NCBI GenBank assembly: GCA_903813345.2
Contig: CAIIXF020000001.1
Span: 24,118,001 to 24,182,000, forward strand
Direction of reading: 5' to 3'
Length of the DNA: 64,000 nt
Source: Owenia fusiformis
Taxonomy: Eukaryota
Both the position numbers and the translations under genes were made by a program. Of the stretch, positions 49,620 to 62,350 are shown in pieces (position 1 is the stretch's first letter; every line of letters starts with the position of its first letter). The notes under the pieces are model-generated. The model was not told the origin of the DNA, did no database searches, and saw only the letters and a program-made list of their open reading frames with translations.

Positions 49620-52600
49620 ATATTTTCTTGTGTTGGGCAGATAATGTTTTCTTTTACTGGACATATTTTAATTTGTATAACTATCAGATACATAAAGGTA
49701 ATATGAAAAGTGAACCATTAAAACTGATGCATATTCAAGTTTAAGGGAATTTTGTAATACCCTGCCATGTTAATTCCCCCGAATCAGCCACCTGGTGGCG
49801 AAACTGGTAACTACCTACTCGCATCTGAGAAATTGATTGATAATAGAAACATGATGATATGCCTATTTAGACAGTGACAGGACAAGGTGGTCTTGCATTC
49901 TTACATGGAAGTCTCAATCAGTCAGACTAACCTAGAATAGCAATGTAGCTTTATCACCTGTTTATGCCAAAATCAATAGCCACTTACTGGCTATACTGAC
50001 ACTGTACCCTCCTTTACAGTCAAACGTATAGCCATAACATAATGCCTCATGTATTAGCCAATCTTTCTATTTATTTAGAAGTGTCAATAACCTCATTGCT
50101 CTAGTTTAGTATTATTATATCCCTCTATACTACTGAAATCACCTGTAAAAAAACAGTAAAGATGTAGTGGGAATTTCATTTATTTGCATCTTCAACTTCC
50201 ATGATTATGAGCCTCGGAAAGAACAACTAAATCCTTCAAAATAAAGATGGACAAAATGTTAACATTACTTTCTCATCTCACCATCTTGATATTCTTATTG
50301 TAAGCTGTAGATTCAATCTATTCAATGAGGTGAACACAGGGTTGATGCTGAAGGAATATTGTATGTCAAGCATGTTGTTTTCTACAATTTCTCTTGTGAT
50401 AAAGACAGAGAACATTTTGACATTCTATCATTTGAGAGCTTCACATCTTTTGCTTGTTAATGTGCAATTTTCAATTTTTGCATGTAAAAGTGTAATTACC
50501 AATGGAGATTGTATTTCAGTTGTACAAGAATTATATTCAAAATTTAAGGAATTAAAGGATAACATTTACAAAACATTTTCAACATGTGTTTTCACTATGA
50601 AGACATAATGAAGTGTCCCAATATGATTATCTGAATGAAGTATTAAAACAATAATGCCATGTAACTGTATGTATCAAGTTCAGAGCAAACATGCTTTTAT
50701 ATTTGACTTGTTGTGAAACAAGGTTAACATGGTAATCCCAATGCAAACACCACAGATCCCACACCAGCCCACGACATATATGACTACTGTTTTCAATCAA
50801 ATTGATTCAAAAAATTGAAACTGACACTGGCAATGCATTTCCCTGAGGCTAAGAACCTAACCTTCATCCAGAGGTTCAATCATAGAAAATATTATGTTTC
50901 AGAAAACAGTCTAATGATTAACAAGCTCTGATTAGTTCAGCAAAGGAAAGATTTATCAGTAGCCAAACATTATGTCAATGGGGCATGGCGGGACCTCCAT
51001 ACACTTAACATTGCGTGTGACCTTTGCAAATGACCTTGTGGGCCTTCATGAGATTTCGCTCCAGAGACTCTGTGGGACTTTGCCCGATGAGGCAAGTTTA
51101 TTGGGCTTAAATAGTGAGACAACCACTTTTACAAAGGGTAATAATTATCCTACCAACAATTTCCCTTTTCATGGTAAAAGAAAATTTGGCAGTAAAATCA
51201 TGTAATAAAACCTAACATGTATGTCAAGTTAATTAATGCACATACAAGTTATACACCTGTTCATCACTCAAGGCGATATGACCAAAATATCCTAAATTTT
51301 ACTATTTCTAAATTAATGTCACATTTATATCCATGCCCCAGTCAAATCACGATCTGCTCAAGCTCATTAGATAAAAAACAGGGCATCGATACATTTTGTT
51401 AAAATAGGTTTCATGTATTTATCCTGCTAAACTGCAATATAGCCGATATTCAGTACTAGGCAGAGGGTAGTTTATAACTAGACTTTGCACGCAGGGTAGT
51501 AATTATCTTTATATCATAATTTACTTTCATGATGAACCATGGCATCTCAATTTTTCTAAAAATATGTGATCAGTATCAGAATGATGGTTTACAAGTTCCA
51601 TGTTTCTTGTTCAAGTTCCCTGTTTCTTTATCTTGTTCAAAAGTCATAATATTGATTAAAAATAGATAATTTTATTTAGCTATTTTTAGACATCTTTTGG
51701 TGTTGCTTTTGAGCAATCGAAGATAGGGCCCGCCCAGATAAGGACTTGGTACGATGGTATTATGTCACCGCGTCTACACACAACAATGAATTCTATCTGA
51801 TATTGTTCTGCAATATCTTGCATCAAGACTATGTCCCCCTCCTGTATCCTTCACCTTCCAAAATAAAGGGATACACAGTCTTGGGGCAAAACTAGCTCTG
51901 TAATATATACATCAAATCAAATTAATAAATAATGTATAGTTCTGTGGGGGTTAGGTAAATACATTGTATATAACACCTTACCTAGAGGTATATTTAAATG
52001 ATTTTAAGATATTCACTAAACCAAAACCAAAACAAGTTATTAGAGGCTACATCCAAAATTTCCTCTTTATTAAACCTGACCTTTTGACAGTAAAATCAAA
52101 ACCACACACTTAATATCATAACAAGAAAAATCTCAGAGTTAATAGGCCAAATATGCATGAGATTTATAAAGGATATTAATCGCAGTATATTGATAACATT
52201 CTCTATTTTCTTAAGCTGAAGCAGGTTGTGGAAAATGTTTTCATATAGTTTTTAATATCTTACAATTTCTTTAGTTGGACTAATCTAAGAAATCTGATAT
52301 GATTATGAGAACTTCTCAATAGCTTAGAGAGAGTCTAGCATTAGCTTCAAGAGACTGCTTTGCACTTTAAGAAAAGTAACCTATATCTAGAATTGAACAA
52401 ATGTAGCTTATTATAAGCTCATTGAATATTAAATTGAATAAATACAATACAGTTAGGTTGTATATTTTATGTATATATTTGGCTAGCGGTGAAAATGTCA
52501 GAATTTGAAATTAAGTGCAAAACCCTATGTGCTATGATAATGAGAGAGTCACTTTGACACTGCAGCCAAAAATATTCCAACTGCACAATCTCTAGATTAG

Positions 52601-53490
52601 CATTGGCTTGAGAATCTTCAATATATCACAGTCTGATCATCTTGCCAATAGTTGAACTTTTTAAACCATGGTAACCTCACATCTCCAAACAGGGTTCTTT
52701 GAATGAAATCAAGAAAATTTGTAGTAGGTTGAATATTTAATTTTCAGATCTTAAAGCAATTTATGAATTGAAATTTTATTTTTAAGACATCGAGATGAAT
52801 TCTATAATCCTCGTATACGACAGTACGTATATTTGGTTTATTAATCTTCATCAATAGGCAAGGAAGTATATTACATTTATGGGGTCTCTTCTCGTTTTCT
52901 AAGGTAAATTAAATCTTAAGAGAGATAAAGAGGGGTCCTTCCAAGAAGCCATTGATGTAAGACAGGATCTAGGATTGCTGAGACAGTTTAATGCATAACT
53001 TGAAGAGGCTGTTAATTTGAAGGTATTGGGCGTATGCGTATAATATATTCACATGATCTAATATTGTGGGCGTAGATTGTAGCATGTGCTTCTGTTTATA
53101 AATATATACACAAGTTCATTGACATTCTATTACATGTGCAGTTAAACCTGTATACTAAAGTAGAACACTTTAAGTTGAACCCTTTTCAGAGTCCATAAAC
53201 AGTTGGCTCAATGAGCCTCTCTGAGTTGAAGTTCTACTAAGAACACTTTTTAGAGGTAACAAAGGTGTTCCACTGGTTTTACTGAAATCTGAATCTAAAA
53301 TTTCATACATATGCGTACTTGTTAGACACTAGTTATCATTCTACAATATTCTTTCTGTTACATAAAAGTTGCAGGATTTCCTAAGTATAATTCTATTTTG
53401 ATTGACAAGGTTTGAGTTGTTCTTTCCATATACCACATTTACCACCATGGAAGTTGAAGATGTATAATGTGCATGTATTGATGAACTTAC

Positions 53491-53569
53491 TATTGCTGAC
53501 ATGCATCTTGAAGTTCTCCCCACACCTGTTCACCAATAGTCCCAGCACCTCCAGGCCATTTAAAGATAC
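53491..53569 (-). CDS. CLASP1: CLASP exon (TOG1): VSLNGLEVLGLLVNRCGENFKMHVSN, 79 nt, phase 0-1
   Basis: Acceptor cttctttgcag and donor gtaagt. The peptide resembles vertebrate CLASP1 VVLLGMDILSALVTRLQDRFKAQIGT (from memory). In frame with the exon starting at 29873. Confidence 0.9.
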
Positions 53570-56500
53570 CTGCAAAGAAGATACAAATATTAATCTATCA
53601 AAACAAAGAAATCATTTCTATATATACTGTATTATCATTTTAAAATGATCTTGATTGTAACCATTAAATATCAAGAAATCAATCAGTTTCATTCCTTTGA
53701 TTTATACCTTTCATTAATTCACATAGGGTGGGTGTAATATTTAGAAAAAAGGTCTACTGATACCAGTGTGGTTGAAAATCAAAGTGGTGAGTATGTAGGG
53801 GAGGGCCTGTGGAACATACTTGAGACTAGCTATCTTACTTTAAATTGGACATGATCTGAGTTCTTAAAGTATTTTTGTAGAAGAACCAATGTTTATCATA
53901 GTTCATACATAGAAAGGATGCTACTATGTGCTTCAAAAGGTGTAGTTTAAAGATAAGTCAATGCTATTGAAATTGTTTCAACCAATTTAACATTTGGCAC
54001 AAACATTTGAAGTTAAAGGTCACAAAATATGTTAGTTAAAGTCAGGTCACAAGACAGGTGCCAAACACTTCATAATTACCTTACTTTTTAACATAACTAT
54101 AATGATCAAATCATGTATTGCACAAAAACTGAGTTAACATTTCTATCAGTTTATGTTATTTAGCATTTGTATGAATCCTTTAAGTTTGAGGTGACTTGTT
54201 AAATAGTAGAATAGAGAAATACAACAACAGATACACCTCTGTTCTTCAATGAGATAAAGCCATACAGTACCTCTATACATAAGGTCAACTTTAGAGCTCT
54301 TCAAAACATATAAAATTGACAACCCTTACAATAATCTTTTAATGCACATCTTATCCTATATAGTACATATGGATGTTAAAGAGCTATGATTTATCTAAAT
54401 TGGTATACAGCCTACACATCCGCATATATACGCGTATAAAATGAAAAGACACAACTTGAATCACATCATTTCCAAACATCAACAAAAATATGTTAGATGT
54501 GTAGAAGGGCGTAATCCTCATGTACCTTAACTCTCAGAGACAGTTTAGAGCACTTTAATATATGTATGACCACTCAATAAGATAAAAGTCATAAAATGAT
54601 GATCTACCAAAATCTCACATTACAGTTTTAGAGATACTGTTCTTATTCAAAATGGTAAATGTATCACAGAACAACACAGACCCTATATTTCAAATGCTGT
54701 ATCAATCCATTATTGAAAGAAGCTGGAGATGACATCACATACTCAGCATGTCCCTGTTTAGACTCTTGACTTAAATTACAAACTATACCCTGGGCAAAGT
54801 CTAGTTAATAAACTACTCTGCCTTGTATCTAGACAGTTTAGCAGCCCAATCCCCACTGGTGCCCATGACAGACTGGGTCACAAATAATTTCAAACTTATA
54901 AGCAATCACTAAACTGGCAGGAACAAATGCTAAATGCGTGATCATTAACTATACGGTGATGTCAGATATATTAAGTTTTTAGCCGATGAACTCTGATTGG
55001 CTCAGTGAGATTTATTTTAAACTGAAAGAGTGAAGACAAAGCTCTCTTTTAAGAAGTGAAATCGAACCAATGCAAAGGGTATCTATACCAAAACTTGTTG
55101 GACAAAAGTCAACATTTTGACAATGATGAGTCTCAATCTACCTTATTACAATCAGCAAAACAAATTTTGAGGACAGTTTATACTGTAATTTGGTATTTAA
55201 GAGAGAAGTCTTTTTGGGTTTAAGTCAACATTTTGACAATCGTAAAAACACATTTGAGGACAGTTTATACTGCAATATGCTATTTAGAGAGGTATTTTAG
55301 AGTGAAACATATTTTTGGGTCTAATCATAATCAACTGTACCATATTGAATTAAGTGTTAAGAGTGAGGGGAGGGGATTAAATAATCATCTCTTGGTTGGT
55401 ATCTGTGCCTATCGTCGGTTCCCACGTTCAATCACTACGTTCTATGAGGACAGGTCCGAAGCTTGATGAAGCAAGATGATCTGTGCCAACCATGAGGAGA
55501 TTATGTGTGCTAAGGTTTGGCTCTCATTTTTGTTCTATACTAGTTTCTCCAGACTCATATACTAGTAGTGTAATAGGTGATACGTGGACTCAATAATTAT
55601 TCGCCAAATCCTCTAAAATATCCTCTGAATATTCCAGTTAGTCAAAGTAGGATTTTTTCAGGAGTCCCACCACAATCACATTTTCATTCAGAAGGATTCA
55701 GTTCTCTTTTTAGACCCAGTAGAAAGCGACAATGCCAATATCGTATAACATTACTAACATTGACCATATCAGTCTGCCCCAGGGCTATTTATAGTTCCTG
55801 ACTATGTTACTACTCATAGCAGACCATCTTTTGCAAGATTCATTTCTGATTTAATCAAGTTGTATGATTGTACAGCCTATGAAAAAAGGTTAAAATCTTA
55901 ATTAAATGATGAAGAAACAACAGGTTGGCGATTTACTTGGATTTACATTATAATGTTTTTCAGATGTTGCCCCTTTCCCCCTGCTGGAAAATAAATACCA
56001 TGATCTGTGATTATTTCATCAAACCGACCTTTGTCTACATGTACTGCTGTAGTACTATGGCCTGGGGTGGCTGGAGCTCAAGGTCTTCTTCCATTTTTTC
56101 CCAGATAAACAGGATGATCTATTATCTGTGTATGGCTAGCTAATTATGTATTTGCACCTTACCAGATATCAATACCAGCATATAGACTATAAATTAGCTC
56201 ACCTGTATTTCCCTGTAAGTGATACATTGATAAGTATCCAGAGTCAAAATAAGCAATATGGACACTTAATGGAGAATATGGTTTCTTTGTAGACTCCATT
56301 TTTGTATCAAGTCTATTTAACGTATACATAAAAATATTGGGTGAGACTTGAGATAATGTATGCGGCGCCAGTCAAAATTGAAACTTCTGATTGGGTTCGA
56401 AGCCGAGATGCCCGGATATGTCCCAGCAAAAGCCGGAATTCACGTGATTTTTCACGAAGAAGGGGCGGAGTTTAAGCGAGATTCATCGAGACTTCTTCGT

Positions 56501-56675
56501 GTCAATCCCTGCATTGCTTATTGTTAACTCCACCTTTTTGCCCATATATGGAGTTGGAGATGCCACTTGCGAGCGTGAACAGTTCAGTCTAGAAATAGAA
56601 ATTTCTTAAGCGATGTCTTTCTTCAATTTTTCTACACGATATCTCGATAAATAGTGGACATATTTGTACCATTCT

Positions 56676-59633
56676 TTCGTCAAAATGAGGGTATCGCTGG
56701 AATACATATTTCCAATCTGTTGGTCAATAGATTTATTCATTGATACTGGCAGGAATTAGATCGTAATAAACATGCTAAAATTGTAAAACTTGGAACGTTT
56801 GACAGTAATCTCCGAGTAATGTATGAATTGCATCGGGAGAAAGCAGGAGAAAAGATGGGACAGTCTGTTGTGTGGAGTTTGCAAAGCAATCCCGGATATA
56901 AATGACGTCATCTTAGCAGTTTACATGGTTTCGAAAGTGATATATTTTTGTGTCGTAGTGATGAGTTTGAATTATGTCGATTATTCGATTGTTATATATA
57001 AATAAACATCGATCTTCGGCGAAGATAAAGTAAGAACAACATATATATCCGAGAAACATGTTGGTAAGTACAGTATTTCATTTATAATGGCAGAAAATCA
57101 AATTGAATCGAAATCGAATTTTCAACTTTTTCAATTTTTTTTCGTTCGATTATTTTGATTTTCAATTTGATTTTTACATTCTATCTTCTTCGTCCTGCGG
57201 GACTATACTAGGCATAGGCCCGGAACATGTATAACATGAGTCAAATTCACTTAAATAGAACATGCTGTAAGCTTTATTTCTTTACATTTTTACGGGCCTA
57301 TGCCTGGGCTATGACTCTAGGCCTAGACTACTAGATCTAGACTATAGGACTTAGACTAGCCTAAAGCTAGAGCCTTAGATCTAGCTCTTTCAGAGGCTGT
57401 GACTGATATGTTAGAACAGCCTTTAGAGCCCCCTATCAACCGCTTCAAAATTGTGTTAGTGTCCTCCTTGCGAAAATCGAAAAAAATTAAAAGGTGCTTC
57501 TGTGCCGAACAGCAAATTCTCATTATACATTGAGAAGCTACTCTTTACCAAGAAACCAAAAATGGAAGTTTTGACGGAAAGACATGACGTACAAGTCAAA
57601 ATCTCTGAATCTTGCTAGGTACATGACAGATAAAGAGAATTTAAATCCTGATCGGCAAAAAAGCGGCTAATAACTTACATATTTTCTCAACAAAAAGCAC
57701 TGATGTAGCTCACATTGGGAGATAGTAGTAAGCACTTGAAGTTGATTTCAGTAGATCAGTTACACCTGTCATGATTTCAAGGAAAGACACAAAGTATCCG
57801 TCAAAAGAGAAAAGCTTACATAAATGCGAGCAAAATCTGCAGATTTATTATAGCTATTGACTTCTCGAATATGTTGAACGCACTACTCTAAACAATACTT
57901 GAAATTGAATAAAATTGACAAAATATGAGAAGACAGTCTAAAACCTAACTGGGAGAGCTGCCATTGTTTGCCCGGAAATCTTCAGAGATTTTGACTGGTA
58001 CTTTGTGTCTTTCCATCAAAATTGCCATTTTGGTTTCTCGCTGGGTAATTTACAGATGAAGAGAAATCTTGATTGACAAAAATACAGCTGATAGCTAACA
58101 GCTTTTCTTAAACAGAAGATAAAGGAAGATATAAAGGAACCTGTTATGATTTTGTTCGTCAAAATGAGGGTATCGCTGGAATACATATTTCCAATCTGTT
58201 GGTCAATAGATTTATTCATTGATACTGGCAGGAATTAGATCGTAATAAACATGCTAAAATTGTAAAACTTGGAACGTTTGACAGTAATCTCCGAGTAATG
58301 TATGAATTGCATCGGGAGAAAGCAGGAGAAAAGATGGGACAGTCTGTTGTGTGGAGTTTGCAAAGCAATCCCGGATATAAATGACGTCATCTTAGCAGTT
58401 TACATGGTTTCGAAAGTGATATATTTTTGTGTCGTAGTGATGAGTTTGAATTATGTCGATTATTCGATTGTTATATATAAATAAACATCGATCTTCGGCG
58501 AAGATAAAGTAAGAACAACATATATATCCGAGAAACATGTTGGTAAGTACAGTATTTCATTTATAATGGCAGAAAATCAAATTGAATCGAAATCGAATTT
58601 TCAACTTTTTCAATTTTTTTTCGTTCGATTATTTTGATTTTCAATTTGATTTTTACATTCTATCTTCTTCGTCCTGCGGGACTATACTAGGCATAGGCCC
58701 GGAACATGTATAACATGAGTCAAATTCACTTAAATAGAACATGCTGTAAGCTTTATTTCTTTACATTTTTACGGGCCTATGCCTGGGCTATGACTCTAGG
58801 CCTAGACTACTAGATCTAGACTATAGGACTTAGACTAGCCTAAAGCTAGAGCCTTAGATCTAGCTCTTTCAGAGGCTGTGACTGATATGTTAGAACAGCC
58901 TTTAGAGCCCCCTATCAACCGCTTCAAAATTGTGTTAGTGTCCTCCTTGCGAAAATCGAAAAAAATTAAAAGGTGCTTCTGTGCCGAACAGCAAATTCTC
59001 ATTATACATTGAGAAGCTACTCTTTACCAAGAAACCAAAAATGGAAGTTTTGACGGAAAGACATGACGTACAAGTCAAAATCTCTGAATCTTGCTAGGTA
59101 CATGACAGATAAAGAGAATTTAAATCCTGATCGGCAAAAAAGCGGCTAATAACTTACATATTTTCTCAACAAAAAGCACTGATGTAGCTCACATTGGGAG
59201 ATAGTAGTAAGCACTTGAAGTTGATTTCAGTAGATCAGTTACACCTGTCATGATTTCAAGGAAAGACACAAAGTATCCGTCAAAAGAGAAAAGCTTACAT
59301 AAATGCGAGCAAAATCTGCAGATTTATTATAGCTATTGACTTCTCGAATATGTTGAACGCACTACTCTAAACAATACTTGAAATTGAATAAAATTGACAA
59401 AATATGAGAAGACAGTCTAAAACCTAACTGGGAGAGCTGCCATTGTTTGCCCGGAAATCTTCAGAGATTTTGACTGGTACTTTGTGTCTTTCCATCAAAA
59501 TTGCCATTTTGGTTTCTCGCTGGGTAATTTACAGATGAAGAGAAATCTTGATTGACAAAAATACAGCTGATAGCTAACAGCTTTTCTTAAACAGAAGATA
59601 AAGGAAGATATAAAGGAACCTGTTATGATTTTG
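56676..59633. repeat. Head-to-tail tandem duplication, 2 x 1479 bp (56676-58154 and 58155-59633)
   Basis: Identical text at offset 1479, and duplicated ORFs in the track (56823 and 58302). Confidence 0.95.
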
Positions 59634-62350
59634 AAGCGGGTGATAGCCGATAGGGGGCATGTTAAGGCTGTAAGTAGAGGGTGTAGCCGAATAAATCTAA
59701 CCCAAATAGAGTTTAACACATCTCAGTATAGGCAAAATTAAAATTCATTAAAGTTTCATCACTTTAGCATGTGTACATTTGCTGGCCTTCTAATATTTTG
59801 CCAATAGATTTGTTAGGCTTGATTGCAAATTCTTATGAAATATAAGAGTGTATGGTTTCAATGTACTGTACTCCCGATATTTTTCGCGTGCAATTTAGTT
59901 TCGTGCTTTTCGCGATTGTGTAAAAATCACGAAAATTAATAGTCGCGAATATCGCCAATTAAAGGCTGAGGTCCAACATGCCATTGACTAAGATCTAGAG
60001 ATTGTAAATCTTATCCAAAGTATATGATATTGGGTAGGTGTAATTACTGTAGATAAGATAAATTAATTTTGAGGATTCAGAGAATAATGGAAGTTAAACC
60101 TTTGATATCCGCAAAATTTAATGGCCGCAAAATTGGTATTTCTCAAAATTCATGAAATTTAAACTCGCAAATTAACCGGTAGTACAGTATTTGCATGTGG
60201 AATAATTATGATATTGAGAGCATTGATGAAACAAATGCAATGAACTGATTTGATTGGCCAAGGGAGCATTGGAATTTTGACCTGAAGTTCACATGATTGT
60301 TGCTATAGGCCTTATGATTTTTTGGAATTCCAGTAATACTATTAATGTCTATTATACTTATACAGTAAAACCTGTCTTATCCAAATGCCACCGCTACAAA
60401 TTAAAAACATTCAGATTTAAACGTCTGATTTCGAGGTTTTTGCATCCGAAAGATTCTTGATTTTGAAAAAATATTAATGCATTTTCACTTAATATTACTA
60501 GCATTGTAGGCGTTATGATTTTTTGGAATTCCAGTAATACTATTATACTTATACAGTAATATCTGTCTAATACTTATACAGTAATATCTGTCTAATCCAA
60601 ATGCCACCATGACCAGTTAAAACACCATGACCAGTTAAAAAAAACATTCAGATGTGGAGGTGATCGGATTTCGAGGATTTTGCATTCGCAAGATTCTGCA
60701 TTTTAAAAATATAAATGCATTTTCACTAAAAAGTATTAAGATTACTTTTGACCGCATAGCTTTATGACATTCCAAAATCCAAATCGAATGCTTGAAAGGT
60801 AAAACAGAAGTGTGCAATCAGAGATGATAGATACTATTGCATGAGTATATGAAGGCCATGTGTCAACTCTTCGATTGATAATACGCCTCGAAATAAACAC
60901 CCACTGGCTTGGGAAAGCTATTTTCCCTCTTAATAAATGCCTGTCCCCTTGGAAAAATGTTTTCAATTTCCCTCTTAGTCTTAATAAAAGCCAATGGCAT
61001 TTATTTTGAGTTCTTTCTAATAAAGGCCCTGTGCAAAATAAATGCTCAGTGGGCCTATATGTTCGTTGAATTTAAAATTTCCCCTTCTACTCAATTTTTA
61101 TAAATGTTTTATGCATCAGTATGTTGCATTTGGAGACACAAATAAACTCTTAAAAGGAAAATATTTTCTCTTTAGTATGTTAACTTTGTCTACAAATGCA
61201 ACATATTAATGTGAAAACATTATAAAAAAATGGAAGGAACTGAAAATCAGGAAAACATTTTTGAAAAAAAATGTTGATGGGGTCTTTGCACCTTCCCTGT
61301 CTCAATCTCCAATTTTTTTTATCATCTGTATGAGTACTTTTCCTTTAGATAATGCATTAACATACACACCTTACATTTTCAGAAAATTTCTGCAATTCAA
61401 CATATGACCGTCTAAATTCTGTTGCGAAACCTTTAGTATTCTTTCAAGAAATTTCCTGCTTACATGAAAGTCTTTTACAGTTTTACATTCTGTTTTTTTA
61501 ATGTAACATAATGGCTGATACCAATATTGTTCAAAGTTGTATATGTTTACACTATGGAACTAATCATTCTTTGAATTGAGTTCGATTCCTGAACAACTGG
61601 ATATTTGACTAAACATTCCTTGGATTTGATTTGGTTTGATGAAGAGAAATCTTGACTGACAAAAATGCAGCTGATAACTAACAGATTTTCCCAAACAGAA
61701 AATATAAAAAAAATTTAAAGTGAGCACTTGATTTCAATAGTTTAGTTTCACCTATGCTTTTGAAGCAGGTGATAGCTGATAGGTGTCATGTAAAGGCTTT
61801 AAGTACATGGTATAGCAATAATTAAAGGTAAGAAGGTACTGTTTCATTCATATTTCTTGGTTTTAAAAACATTTAATCAAATAAGCTGGAAATTTTTTTG
61901 AGAAATGATATGATGGTGAAAGAAATAGATACAAAATTATAAAAAATTTATAATTAGCGAAAATTGATATCCGCAAAATTTCAAAATTGCAAAATTGTGA
62001 AAGATAACAGCATCAAATATTAGTGGCAGTACAGTATTTGCATGTGAAATAATTATGATATATTAATATAATAATATAATAATTGATGAAACAATTGCAA
62101 TGAACTGTTTTGATAAGCCAAGGCCAGAGCATTGGAATTTGAACTAAAGTTGAGTATAATGTTATTGTATAAATTAAAAAAATAATTATAGAGACTTCTT
62201 ACAAAGTTGATCTTCATTCAAATAGCTGAGAATATTTCCCAAAATAGATTGACTAGGCCTTCAAATTTTTTTAATTTCAGTATTACTTTTACTCATACAG
62301 TAAAACCTGTCTAATCCAAATGCCACCGTGCAGTTAAAAACATTCAGATT
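59530..62350. repeat. Older diverged local duplications (~59530-60420 vs ~61635-62350; ~60306-60500 vs ~60506-60730)
   Basis: Shared blocks in the same order, e.g. gatgaagagaaatcttga, agtacagtatttgcatgtg and cagtaaaacctgtct...ccaaatgccacc. Confidence 0.75.
59866..60187. mobile_element. ~320-bp TA-flanked MITE with imperfect TIR CTGTACT...AGTACAG and subterminal TTTTCGCG / CGCAAAA motifs
   Basis: TA-CTGTACTCCCGAT... and ...ACCGGTAGTACAG-TA, with CpG-rich subterminal repeats. Confidence 0.65.

Larger units (their letters stand above)
32406..49834 (-). mobile_element. Second copy of the 22775-23216 element, split by the Gypsy insertion (halves 32406-32635 and 49620-49834)
   Basis: Joined with one ATAT, the two halves reconstruct the reverse complement of 22775-23216 without a length difference at the junction. 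Confidence 0.85.

Noticed and set aside
53570-56300. U4atac snRNA (human RNU4ATAC lies in the equivalent CLASP1 intron) and the first CLASP coding exon
   Set aside because: No U4atac-like 5' end with Sm site and no WVN.SN[YF]K-type exon were seen by eye. An Infernal/Rfam scan and tBLASTn would be decisive.
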